Source of the DNA: Azolla caroliniana
Lineage: Eukaryota; Plantae; Polypodiophyta
DNA: 64,000 bases
Direction of reading: 5' to 3'
NCBI GenBank assembly: GCA_043228905.1
Contig: JBHGNT010000016.1
Coordinates: forward strand, 5,704,001-5,768,000
Positions 12,806-28,999 of the stretch are shown piece after piece. Within the stretch, counting starts at the first letter, position 1; every line of letters begins with the position of its first letter. The position numbers were made by a program, and so were the translations under genes. The notes beneath the pieces were generated by a model. That model ran no database searches. It worked only from the letters and a program-made list of their open reading frames with translations, and was not told the origin of the DNA.

Positions 12806-14340
12806 CATCACTTCCCAAAAAATGGCCATTCAATCATAAAAGACAAGTTGGTGGCCTCATTAATCCTCCCAAACACAAATCTCTAAAGCATAGAATATTA
12901 AAATGCAAACCAATAAAAATAGATTTTTCATTGTATGAAACGAAAAATGTATTGGTTGTGAATGATATTTGCATGATTTGTCCCATTTGGGTGCATTATA
13001 TACGAAAACTATGCTTGTGCACAGTGATTCTATAAACTACATGATGTTGCAATTCGAAATACAATCCTCGAGAGACCCAATTGAGAAATTCTCACAAGCA
13101 CACTTTCAAAGTGAAGAATTTTCATACAACATGAATCAAACTGTACAAGCTCGACTTTGATGTGTTTCAACGTGGGAAAGCTTGTCAACATTCATTAATC
13201 AATTCTCAATGTAGATATGCGAACACAAATCAATCCTCGATGTAGATATACGAACCGAAATCCTATCAACCAATTATTGAAAAACAAAATGTTTGTAGGT
13301 TTGTGTATTGAAAGGTTAAAGCAGAACTTTCTATCCCTCTTCTTGTGGTGCTTTGGACTTCTACCTAAGAACAGTGGAATTGTGAATCTTTCTTTTACCT
13401 CTAGCTACGAGCCATCCCCATGTTTTGTCCTCACAATTGATGTTATGTGAGGACAACATTGCATGTCATTGTTTGAGTACACGCCTTCACTGCTTTGGTT
13501 TCCATCCCACCTTAGTTCATCCGTAACTAACCTACTATTCTTGCTTTTCATGAAGGTCTTGCGATGTAGCTAGTTATCACATCAACCTAACAATATAAAA
13601 GTTGTTAGATCCTAAATGTGCAACATTATTATTTGCATCAAATTGTATCATTGTAAGGCTTTCTCACATGTTCTTAAGGATATATAAAGGGAGATAGTAA
13701 GATTTTGGGAGAACATAAAACCAAAAACAAATTGAACTTTGATACATTGGTGTTTAGGAGCATGAAAGATTCATGTGAATGCATGTCTCATCAAATGTGA
13801 TGCATCCAAGAATAAAATAATAACGAAATTGTTTTCATGTCATCATCCAATAGCATTGCCTTTGGAACAAAATTATTGGTGGTGGATTTTAATGGAAGGC
13901 CTTCTAGGGCCTAATCAAGTAAATAATAAATCCAATATCCCAAAACTAGAACAGTGGCCTTCACCACTACTACGAAAATGTAGTAAGTACTTCAATGCAA
14001 TTGTTCTTACCTTTCTGAAGGTCTCGTGTTTGTTGTGCGGTGGTTTACCAATTTAATGCAAAGGTCTTCCGCTTGACCTCAAGTGATGCCATTATTCTTG
14101 CATGTTATCAATGCTTTCCATACCTTGTGTGTTTTCTTCTGTTATAACTTTGAGTTGTCTCAGAGTCAAGGTCTCCTAGGTATGACTTCAATTCAACACA
14201 AGTTCTTCAATTTAACCCTCGTCATCTCATGTTATTCTTGTTTTCAAAAGAACTTCTACGCATCACATCAACTCAACAAAAAAGTTCAAATAACTTGACC
14301 CCAAGTGATGCCATTGTTTTTACATATTTTACAAGATTGT

Positions 14341-14608
14341 TTTTTTTTTCCAAAATGAAGCTACTTTCCCATTAGTTAAGTAAGATTATTACAAAGAGAC
14401 TGTATAAGGAGGCTTAAACATAGATCAGGGAATCTCCCTCCGATCAAGTTCAAGAAAATGAGACTAGTTACATCGCCTTTCAGACTGACTACTTAATGTA
14501 AGAACCTACAGCTAAAACGGTGCCCTACAGTGATGGCTAGTACGAGACAACTCTTGGGGTCGACTGTACAAGGAGGCTTAAACATAGATCAAGGAATCTC
14601 CCTCCGAT
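14341..14608 (-). mobile_element. Short 5'-truncated poly(A) retroposon (LINE 3' end or SINE)
   Basis: Poly(T) at 14340-14349; flanking direct repeat CAAGATTGT at 14332-14340 and 14609-14617; internal repeat of about 50 bp. Confidence 0.6.
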
Positions 14609-15167
14609 CAAGATTGTATTCTAAATCCTTGGCTCTTCGTACTATTTACATTGCTAATTTTGGTTATAAAATGGTGAGATCATTATTCTCACATATTCTC
14701 CAACATTTCCACATTTAAAGTTTTCTAACTCCTTCCTAAACGACCGTGGTGTTCATGCCATCAATTTTTGTACTTTCATATTGCTTTGTCAATACCTCAT
14801 GGCATAATCATGTTACACATTAACTCAATGCAAAATGTTTCTACATCATACCCAAGTGTTCCTTAACATCCCTGAGGCTTTTGGTCCATGCCATCGAAAG
14901 TTTTTCAACCTTTAAAAAACATTTCTAACAATGCCATCAAGAAGTTCGATTCAATTCATACAACCATGTATTAACGAAGAATATCTACAACAACATATAA
15001 CAAGAGGTAAAGAGTGCATGTCATGGGAAAAAATGAAAATGGAAAAGCATTTATAGGACTGATTTCTCAATCCAATATCATGACTCAAACAAATCATAGG
15101 TGTCCATTGTGTATTTATGTTACTTGCATGCTCTTTGAAGTGTGAAATCATAGGTGTCCATTGTGTT

Positions 15168-15522
15168 AAAAATGAAGCTACTTTCCCATTAGTTAAGTAA
15201 GATTATTACAAAGAGACTGTACAAGGAGGCTTAAACATAGATCATGGAATCTCCCTCCGATCAAGTTCAAGAAAATGAGACTAGTTACATCGCCTTTCAG
15301 ACTGACTACTTAATGTAAGAACCTACAGCTAAAACGGTGCCCTACAATGATAGCTAGTACGAGACAACTCTTGGGGTCGACTGTACAAGGAGGCTTAAAC
15401 ATAGATCAAGGAATCTCCCTTTGATCAAGATTGTATTCTAAATCCTTGGCTCTTCGTACTATTTACATTGCTAATTTTGGTTGTAAAATGGTGAGATCAT
15501 TATTCTCACATATTCTCCAACA
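15168..15522. repeat. Near-identical direct copy of 14352-14705
   Basis: About 350 bp, read base by base with few substitutions. Flanked by the direct repeat GAAATCATAGGTGTCCATTGTGTTAAAAATG. Confidence 0.9.
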
Positions 15523-16166
15523 AGAAATCATAGGTGTCCATTGTGTTAAAAATGCTCTTTGAAGCAAGATTGCTTTGGTTTAACCTAGTCAGTTCATGTG
15601 CTGCAAGAGGCTTCTATTGTCCTATCAAGTTTCAATCCAAAATATCACCACTTGAGAAGAAGAGTGACGTGTTGTAACAGCTTTTGTGAGACGGTTTTGC
15701 TTTTCGATGAGGTCTTGTGGAGTTGGTCATAACATCTATCTATGACAGAATGGTATCCAATTCAAACCCAGATGAGCACATGACTCTTGCATCCTCATCA
15801 AGTATTCCATCAGTTTAGGTTTTCTCAAGCATAAATATGAGATAAAAAGAAACATTTTCATGGCATGCATGTGGAGATCACATGCAACTCTCGATGCTCT
15901 ATTACTATATAAAGATAAAAGCATGATACAATTATCAAATGACATGTGTATGATATTTACATTTTCCAGAAACTGGAGATGTTTCTCTACAGAAGAATAC
16001 CATGCTATTCATCCAATATATACAAAAAAGAATATACAAGGAACAAGCCCACTTCCCAACTGCAAAGCATAAATTTCACATGATCTGAAGAAGACATATA
16101 CACACAGAGTTTTGACTAGAAGTATACGCCGAAAATCTGACAAGTGCTACCCCTCAAATCCAGAAT

Positions 16167-19100
16167 TCATGCTTTGATACGAACTACAAACGAACCTGTC
16201 AAAATAGAGGAACATCTCCATTTAAAAAACTATGTTTGTATAAGTTTAAACCACTCTTATTTCTTTATGCTACTTAAAGATATGGCCTTTTTACATTGAA
16301 TAAGGTACACATTGATTTATTAGTCCAATAATCTTTGTTGTAAATGAGATGGCAAAAAAACAAGATTTCATTGTTTTCATTATCAAAGATTGGATGATAT
16401 CGACTTGCCATGGTTCTAACATGTACTCCAGCAGCCTGATTAAGTGTTTACATATGACAAGTATAGGGGAATAGGGCTCAGGTGAAGCAGCTAACTTTAA
16501 AGTAAAAGAGCAGCACAAACATAACAGTGGAGTATAAGGTTAATGCTCAATAATAATAAAAATAAATATAATAGAAGGCATTGAAACCAGAAGTGAAAAA
16601 CAAAACAGAATATGCAAAACTGGATTTATAAGAGAAAAACCAAAAGACTTTATAAAGGTGAATTCTTATTCTCCTCCACAGCATTGAAAACCAATTCCTG
16701 CATCAATGCATTTTACACTTGCACAAGCAGTTCAAATGTTTATATTATTATATAGTGTTCCTTGATCTCCAAGGTTTGATAGATTATAGAACTCATTGTC
16801 GTCAACCGATTAACAACAGTTAATTTCCACTGACTCGGTATGCAGAAGAAATTAACAAAGTAGCACATCGCATGAAGGGTCACGTGAGCCCTCTAATGAT
16901 ATGAGCCATGGCTTGTAAAGATCGAGATTTTTGTAATCTTGGTCTCTCTTCAAGAACCAATTTTCTCCATGCAATAAGGAGGTCCACATACAAAATAATA
17001 GGGTGGTTTCCTCACTTTTAACAATGCTAACTATTTCTTAGCATAACTCGGACATATGTGTCAATCACTTAACCAGTTTTGTTTTAAAGAGCGCTATATT
17101 CTGACCAAGACCTCTCCATAAAGCATTTGGATGAAACCTCTTTCAATTTAACACCAAATACACAGTGGTGAAGATGTTTGAAAAGTTGTAGTTCACTCAA
17201 CAGAACAGATTTTCAATGTTATGATGTCACTTCTAGCTTTTGCAACCATGAGAATCCATTTCTAGAAGTGAAACTTGCCAACAGACACAATCCTCACCAA
17301 TTAAACTTAATTTTAACTTCACTCCATTTGCTCATGCTATTTGAATCCTCTAATATTTGATATACAATATATTTTCATTCAGCATTATCAAGTTCACAAA
17401 TTTACCTCAGTTGAGCTTTGGCCAGACTATGGACTTTATCATCATATACCTTTGTCATTCTCTTTCATATCTTCAGCAGAACCCTCACAAGAACTCTCTA
17501 AACCATCAACGTGTGATGGTTAAGCAAACTCAATCTGGTAAACACCAAGTATAGGGATGAGAATACATCATAACCCATCATCAGGCTATGGATGTATCAA
17601 TATGAAAGGTACAAATCTTCAAGAACGCAAGGTTTCATTCCAAACTATGACTGGCTGTGAGCATTTTTGCTTTATTAATCTTAAGGGATTCCATATGCTC
17701 TAAGGAGTTGGATTTGCACCATATATTCCGAGATGTGAAGGATATATAATCATGGTAGGATTGTTATTTCTGGTCCACGTTTTTGTGAATTGAGTTTTTG
17801 GGTCAACCAATCATACATCTTTTGGAGGACTGGTCTGACAACCAAAACTGGATTGTGTTCAAATCACAGACATTCAGTATATGTTCAGATTTACTTGAAT
17901 GAGGCTAACCTAATGCATGCGTTTGAGAGGACTATGATCTAATAAACAAAATCAAATTGTGCTGCAAAACAACCATGTTCAGAATATTGAGAGTACCATT
18001 AGTATATGACCTCAGGAAGATATGATGGTAAATACACAAATCAGTTATTGCTTGTAGTGAATTAAAACAATGATTACGATACTGTCAATCCAAGGGACAA
18101 TGTACTTACATGCAGGAAGTTTCACAACCTCAGCAGAAACGTCACATGGAACTCCAATATTTGTCAGTGCCCCACGAATTAGACCACATGGGAAGTAAAG
18201 ATAATCACTAGCTGCTCTTGCTTCTAATGCAGTATTGTTAGAGACAGAATCTTCTGCAGAAGTTTCATCCTTGCTGTCTGGTGGAGCATCTAAAGATATG
18301 CATGTTAGCCATCGGAACTGATTATCCTGTAGAACAAATACACCCTGCACGAAGAGGGTAAACAACTTGTCAGAATTATGCGATATATTATAGCCAAATT
18401 TGACTGGGGTACATTAAAAATAGCGCACATACTGGGTCTTATTAAACTCCAACTTACACGATGATTTGTCTTCAAGTTATCCACTTGCTTCTTAAATATT
18501 TCTGCCCAGAAATCCTTGCATATGAATTTGATTGCTTCCAGATGGTCAGTAAACCAGGGTCGTTCTTTTGTGTATCTGAATAGTTGAAGAAGATGTACAT
18601 ATTGAAAACGTGAAATCAAAAGCAACGGAAACCATAACTAATGAATGCAATAATGGATGGGAGTATTCCTGGAAAAAGAAGAAATCGGACCAAATAAGCA
18701 AAAGGAAAACCATAGCTAACGAATGCAATAATGGATGGAATATTCTGGGACAAGAAGAAACCAGACCAAATATTTGGAAACACTTTCATCTCGAGCCAGA
18801 AACCTCCACCGATGAACAGGAAAATGCAGTAAATAGCAGGGCGAGGTGTAGGAACGGGATATGGAAAAAGAGCAGATGAGACGTTTTTCAACTGGTTTTC
18901 AATTAGTTTTCGACTAGTTTTCAACAAAGAAACTTCCATGGAGTAAATAAATCTGAAGAGCATTGGGAAAGCAGACCTTGGGAGTTTCACAGAAGATCTA
19001 GGTAGTAACAGGAAAAATACAGAAAAACGATCGAGTAGAGAAGGAAAATAAAACCAAAAAAAGAAAGGAGGTAACAGAAATATTTAAGAAGCTATTACCT

Positions 19101-19313
19101 TTCAACCAGTTGTGATCCAACCTGGTAACCCATGGATTCTAACCGTCTTCCAGGCAGCTCAGGCTTAACTTCAGAACGAGGATGAGGATGAAGACGAAGA
19201 AGAAGAAGAAGCTGGTCTCTTCTTGAACAATAGGTGTCAACCATCGCCATGGCCAAGTAATCGAAGCAGCTCTCCGCAACCTCCCTCCGTCCAAGTGCGG
19301 TACGCCGCATCAT
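16167..19313 (-). CDS. TRS33: Trafficking protein particle complex subunit 6 (TRS33/TRAPPC6), 4 exons, about 198 aa
   Basis: Exons 19313-19099, 18575-18458, 18344-18110 and 16195-16167. All introns are GT-AG and the phases are consistent. Peptides REVAESC, MGYQVGSQLVERYTKERPWFTDHLEAIKFICKDFW, DNLKTNHRGVFVLQDN, YFPCGLIRGAL and CSFVVRIKA* match plant TRS33. Confidence 0.95.
18627..18772. repeat. Tandem dimer of about 77 bp in TRS33 intron 1
   Basis: GGAAACCATA.CTAA.GAATGCAATAATGGATGG...GACCAAATA occurs twice. Confidence 0.8.
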
Positions 19314-19464
19314 CAATACCGCGAAGCACAGACAGACAGATCACAGAACAGATCACAGAACAGATCACAGACAGACAGAGAGGAGAAGGCAGAGCGATTA
19401 GAGAAAAACATGATTCTGACTGAGACGACGGCAGGTGAATGCCGTGGGATATGGCGGACGGCGA

Positions 19465-19672
19465 TGATGGTCACGTGACTGAGATGGCCGGCCCCAAAAA
19501 TGGGCACGTGAGCGATAATGGGCATGACGGCATGCATATGGTCACGTGACTGAGATGGCCGGCCAAAATGGCCACGTGACCGATCGATCTGGGCACCGAC
19601 GGCCATATGGGATGGTTGGCCAAAATAGTCATGTGACTCATATGGGCTGACGCCCATATGGTCGCATGACAG
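19465..19672. promoter_or_regulatory. G-box (CACGTG/GTCACGTGAC) cluster upstream of TRS33
   Basis: GTCACGTGAC at 19470 and 19541; CACGTG at 19505 and 19573; degenerate GTCATGTGAC at 19628 and GTCGCATGAC at 19661. Lies about 150-360 bp upstream of the ATG. Confidence 0.65.
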
Positions 19673-19687
19673 AGGCCGAGGGTCCAC

Positions 19688-20133
19688 TAGGGATCGGCAA
19701 CGGCTCGGCTCAAGCCTAAACCGTTTGGCTTAGCCAGCTTAGCGGCTCGGTTTAGGCTTGAACTTGCCTTAATGGTTTGAGCTCGGCTCGGCTCGGCTCG
19801 GCTTGAACCTCGCCAAACCGGCTCAAGCTAGATAAGCCGTTTAGAAACTTTAGAGAGAGGGGGGGGGGGGGGGAGATAGAAAGAGAGGGAGGGAGAGAAA
19901 GAGAGAGAGAGAAAGAAAGAAAGATATATGTATTAACGTCTTCTAAGGCCAAATTTGGCACATGAGACAATTGGTTTACAACAAAAATGAGTGTTTATCC
20001 AATCATTAAAACTAAAATAAAAGAAGAGAGAGAGAGGTTTCCAAACCGGTTCGGTTCAAGTTTGAGATCGCCAAAACGGTTTAGGCTTAGCCGGTTTGGA
20101 TTGGATCAGGCCAAACCAGCTAGCCGATCCCTA
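19688..20133. mobile_element. Non-autonomous hAT element (MITE)
   Basis: TIRs TAGGGATCGGC / GCCGATCCCTA; perfect 8-bp TSD GGGTCCAC at 19680-19687 and 20134-20141; AAACCG and GGCTC subterminal repeats. Confidence 0.92.
19910..20025 (-). mobile_element. LINE 3'-end stub (about 115 bp) nested in the MITE's (GA)n tract
   Basis: AAAGAAAGATAT..TATTAACGTCTTCTAAGGCCAAA.TTGGC.CATGAGACAA matches the LINE end at 51620-51730. Confidence 0.85.
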
Positions 20134-22309
20134 GGGTCCACATATAAGTTACATGACCTTCGAAAATTTAGGGTTTCGAAGTAAAAACAAATCTAGGGGG
20201 GGATGTAACCTCCTCATTAGAGCGCGAGGAATGTCTCGATTAGAATGATGTTTGGGACACTTCCGCCGCCATGGCGAGGCTCTCACTAACAATAGCTCTT
20301 GTTTGTGAATTTGCTTCTAGGGCATGATCTTAGGCAATATTCGGTGGTGGTATGGGATGCCAACGATGTTTATGGTCCATATCAATTCCTTTGCTTGAGG
20401 GAAAGTGTCTTGAATCCATTTCATTCATTGATCACATGTTATTTTATTAATGATTAGTTGTATAACTACATCACCCTTCAAATGCTTTACACCCCACACT
20501 TTTTCCTTGCACATTCAATTTGACATTAAAAAATGTTGCCTTCCATCCATTGCAATGTCATGCCAAATCATCATGCTATAGAATACAAATGATTGGATAT
20601 AAAAGTCATCAAGTGTAAGCTTAAAGTTTAACATTGCATGAAAGTGAAGATGGTTACGTGGTGAACGAACACCAAAGTGTGGATCATATGCGATCGTGTC
20701 TCATGCATGTGATTTGGGTGCATGTTATACACACATCAAACAAGTGTAAGGGGACTTTGATCCAACCCACCCATCTCAAACGATGGAGCGAAAACATTCA
20801 TTTGATGTGCATGTTTGAGTGTGAGACGGAATTGTTAAAGATAGATGGGCCATTGAGCATGATGGTAATACACTAGTCATGAATTATATTTGGGAAATCT
20901 AGTAACAATTAATGCATATTCAATTAACATTACTACAATAAACACATACTCGGTTTACGTTGATGGGCTTTGCTCCAATTTATGCAAATCGAGATGGGCT
21001 TAATTATAGCACCTACACGATAACCTACCTTGCACTTTATACAAAAGGAGTGAATACATATTAATATTTCCAAAATTTTGAGGGGTAGATTTGATGGGTT
21101 TTGTAAACTTATGACACGTTCATAATCTAGAAGATAAATACCTCTCCTTATGGTTGTACCATTGAAACTAGAATTTCAATCATCCAAACAAATCCATAAA
21201 GTAAACAACGTGAAAACAATAAGTTTTCCTTCATACATTCTCTTTCATTTGTTAATATAGTTAAACATGCATATTATCGATGCAATCAATAAGAATAGAT
21301 GGCAACCAATGTTGTTTATGAATCGACGTGTGAGTATAAATAATGTCACGAAAATATATATGGACAACAATGTGTAATATACACAAAAAGGGATATTTCG
21401 TTCAAATAAATGGGAATATAACTAGACTTCTGATATCAATTCTTAATACAAAGGGAAGGTTATATGTGCAATTTCCCATTATTGGAAAGACAATGGGGTT
21501 TCTTCATAGGTGGGAAATCAAATTTTCTCCTTTCTTCTTTTTTATTTGATGTATACAAAGAATGGTAAATGCAAACTTGGGTGAAGAGAAGTTATCCTCA
21601 ATGATGATGATTGCATGGTCATGGATGCTCACTTTCTTCTTTGCCACCAATACACCCTAAAACAATGTGATTTAATCGGTATCTCTATTCACATCCATCT
21701 AAAGTTGAGCTACTATTTTTCTTAGAGGTGATATGTCTAAGAGAAAAGTGTGCAAAGGTAACCGTAAAGGGATGGTTTGGGTGTATATATATACATAATG
21801 TGAGGTATATATTTGGAAATCTCCCTTAGTTCACTAGATGATGTGCAGAAAATCACTAGAGCTTTCCATTTTTTGATGGTTACATACATAGTTGGAAACA
21901 TCTTTGAAACCTTAAAAAGAGGATTCATGCGAAAAGGAGTTTTCTTCATCTACAACTAATTGTTAGCCCCATGTAAGTTCTTCATTTCCATTGACATGTA
22001 GAGACAAAGATAGATAGATAGATAACATAGGCAGTCACAAAGAGGATTCTCCTTTGTCTTCTCCTCCGCTTCGCCTTGGCTCCTGGGGGGTTTTTAGGGT
22101 TGCTATCCAACCATTCATTTGTCGGCCAGAGGGACTTCAACACTTTCTTAGTTTTCATTCCTAGTGATAAGCATTAAGCTAGCATGAGCATCGTTTTCCT
22201 TAGCTTCGTATTCATGTCCATACATCCATGTCCTCGAGCAAGCGCCCTACGAAGAGCAAGACTTGCCGATTGACCACATGCTTGTCTCTCTCTCTCTCTC
22301 TCTTGTGTT

Positions 22310-22513
22310 TTATTATCATAATTAGCTTACCCTAGTGGTAAGTTGTTACACTACACGCTTTACATTTGGGGTTCTAAACTTAATTTCCTCATCTCTCTAT
22401 TAGATACTTCATACACATATACCTTAATTCACTAGATGCCATTGTGGAATGTAGGGCTTGAACCCATGACCTCCTGGTCTCTATTGGGCAACCAACCTTA
22501 CCAAACGGAGCTA
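22310..22513 (-). mobile_element. tRNA-derived SINE, copy 1
   Basis: Minus strand has an A-box-like TAGCTCCGTTTGG and a B-box GGTTCAAGCCC. The body TTCCACAATGGCATCTAGT...GTAGTGTAACAAC is shared with 51410-51615. Flanked by (TG)n and (CT)n. Confidence 0.75.
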
Positions 22514-22660
22514 CATGTGTGTGTGTGTGTGTGTGTTTGTGTTTGGGCAGAAACAGAGGAGGCTATGGAGGAAGTGGAGGGGTATTCGTGCAATTTCCAT
22601 AAACTCACACAGAAACGAAACCAGAGAAATGAAGAGGCCTTCCTCCTCCACTTCCTTCTC

Positions 22661-22712
<52 letters not shown>

Positions 22713-22858
22713 TTCGTCTCTCTCCTTCCTCCATTCTGTTTCGTTCCGTGCAGAGAAAGCTACGCAGGCACAGACGCAGACGCAGAGAAAACCTTTCCTT
22801 TCTCTCTCTCTCGCTCCCCTCCTCTGTGCCTGCCACTGCCTTGCCTGGTCTTATCGCC

Positions 22859-26772
<3,914 letters not shown>

Positions 26773-28170
26773 ATTTAAAAAAATTTGTTAGGCCATATTA
26801 GAAAATGAAAAGTCTTGAGACATGATAGAGGTACTTGGCCATTGATAATATATATGATTATTTGCAAATCTTCCTATTCTTTTCTGAAGAAGAGTAGAAG
26901 GGAGAAACAGATTCAGGTCATTTGAGTAGCATATGCCATTCAAAACTCTCCTGAAGGGGAGTGATGGGTGTTGTTTAAGTGTTTGCTTGTGCTGTATAAC
27001 TGTCTGAGGATGATGGGTAATGAATAGTCCAAATCATTAATTTGTTTAAGTCATTTTAACACTTGTTGTAGTTTTGAAGTGTTGTGCTTGCTGTTGATTA
27101 GTAAGAATATCTAAAGTTCACATGTGGTTCAAAGAATGTAAACTAGTTCAATGCAGGTGGCCTTTTTTAATGAAAGCTGATCCACACAGGAATTGATGTT
27201 TATAAGTTCTAGTTCCTTATCAGTAAAACTTTCTTAATCTACATTTATGGACATGATAGTGTCTATTTGCGTAGCTTGCAGATCTATTTTAAATATTTGG
27301 TGATTTGTTGCGTTTCAACTGTTAACTATGTCCATGCAAGTGCTATTCTTATCTCTTTTTGTCTAGGTCTCTATACACTCGTCTCTCCAAAGTCTGATTC
27401 ATTTCAAGTACCCTGCATTGAATTATGAATTGCTTGCATAAGTGGAAAAAGAATCCTCTTTGTATTCTTAGTATCCTAATACCAATCGTATCTTAATATG
27501 TTAATTATGTACATGAATGGGCTTGAGCACTTGTAGAAATGAAATTGCTTTATCATTGAAACAAGCATTTGGAGCCACTAGGTGGTCTCAAAATGGAATA
27601 AAAATTCATTTGATGATAGGGAAAAAGTTTTGTGCTATAGTAAGGTTCCATTGTGAAAAAGTTTGTGGGAAACAAATATCGATACAATATCTTCTCCCAA
27701 TGATGGTGTTCATGTAACCCTACACTTTAGCCTCACATCATCTTCCTCTTTTGAGTACTACAATAATTCATAACAACTCAATCACCTAGATTTGTCAATC
27801 CCTATCATGATTTGTTTGTATATTTTCATTGTTACATGATACATTGCTCTTAGGTGTTGGTGAAAATATCTTTTAACATATGCAAAATAATAAACCATTG
27901 GGAAACATAACTCCTTAAAGCAACCAATATACAACATAAGATTATTCATTGTTCTTATTATTGTCCAAGGACCACATTTCGTATGACTAAGAGTGATATT
28001 GCTGAACCCTTTTATAACAATAATGCCGGTGACACTTTCAGTTGTTCTTCTTGTAGAAGGAGCACCCACATTTTCAAAGGCACTACTTAAAGAGACTTGA
28101 ATTCTTGGTTCAAAGGAACATAATGTAATCTCATCACAAAACACAAACAACCTTTTCTAGTTAGACAATA

Positions 28171-28690
28171 TCTAAGGAAACACAACATTCTCCGAATCTT
28201 GTGAGTGGTTTTTGCTTAAATCTCTTTTCACAAGATCATTACATTCGAAAGTATGCCACAACATGGAGTTTTTCTTTTCCCACTTTGTTTGGCATTGTAT
28301 GAGGAATTTTTTGGAGTTGGTGTCCAAGGAACTAAACACACACACACACACACAAAAAAAAATAAAAAAATAAAAATGATAGTAAGGTATGGACTTGCAA
28401 AAAAGATTGATCACCTAAGACCTAGCTGCCATGGCCAATTTGACTTTAACTCGCGTCTTGCACTAGTAGTTTAGCTACGCCATACACACTGAAGCTAACA
28501 CCCACACCCCGCAATCTCCAAGGAAACACAACATGTTCCAAATCTTATGAGCGATGTTTTGCCTAAAACTCTTTCCACAACACCATTGCATTGGAAAGTA
28601 TGCCATGGCATCGAGGTCTTTTTCTAGCCCCCTCTTTATTTTTCAAGTGTCATGAGGAGGATTTTGTTTGGAGTTGGTGTGCAAGGAACC
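28171..28690. repeat. Diverged direct repeat of about 160 bp (28171-28332 and 28516-28689) upstream of AHASS
   Basis: AAGGAAACACAACAT...GAAAGTATGCCA...TTGGAGTTGGTGT.CAAGGAAC occurs twice. Confidence 0.75.
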
Positions 28691-28999
28691 GGAGGGCCAA
28701 GAGTCAGGTTCAGCGAGAGGCCCCCGACCGACCGGCCGGCCATCAAGCAATTCGTGTGTCGTGTGTCGAGCAATCCTCTCCTCTCCTTTCTTTCTTTCAG
28801 TCTTTTCTTTTCTTTTCATTTATGGGCAAATAAATCATCTATGTATGTATCTTGATTCTTTTCTTTGGTTAGTGAAGTAAGTAAGAAGATAGTAGAGTGT
28901 GTGTGTGTCTGTAATACTTTGATTTTCTAGAACTCAGAAAGTCTGTCTGTCTGTCTGTCTGTCTGTGTTCCTTTCGTTTTCGAGAAGCTCTCCCCGGCT

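Noticed and set aside
14395-15430. CRISPR-like array of 50-bp repeats
   Set aside because: Eukaryotic context, and the spacers are duplicated rather than unique; explained by a retroposon plus local duplication.
16291-16518. CSFTLKL ORF as an alternative last exon of TRS33
   Set aside because: No AG acceptor at the needed position; the exon at 16195-16167 fits homologues well.
22436-22858. 141-aa N-terminal extension of RPT3 in the 308-aa ORF
   Set aside because: It runs through a SINE, (TG)n and (CT)n 5'UTR sequence; homology starts near the ATG at 22859.
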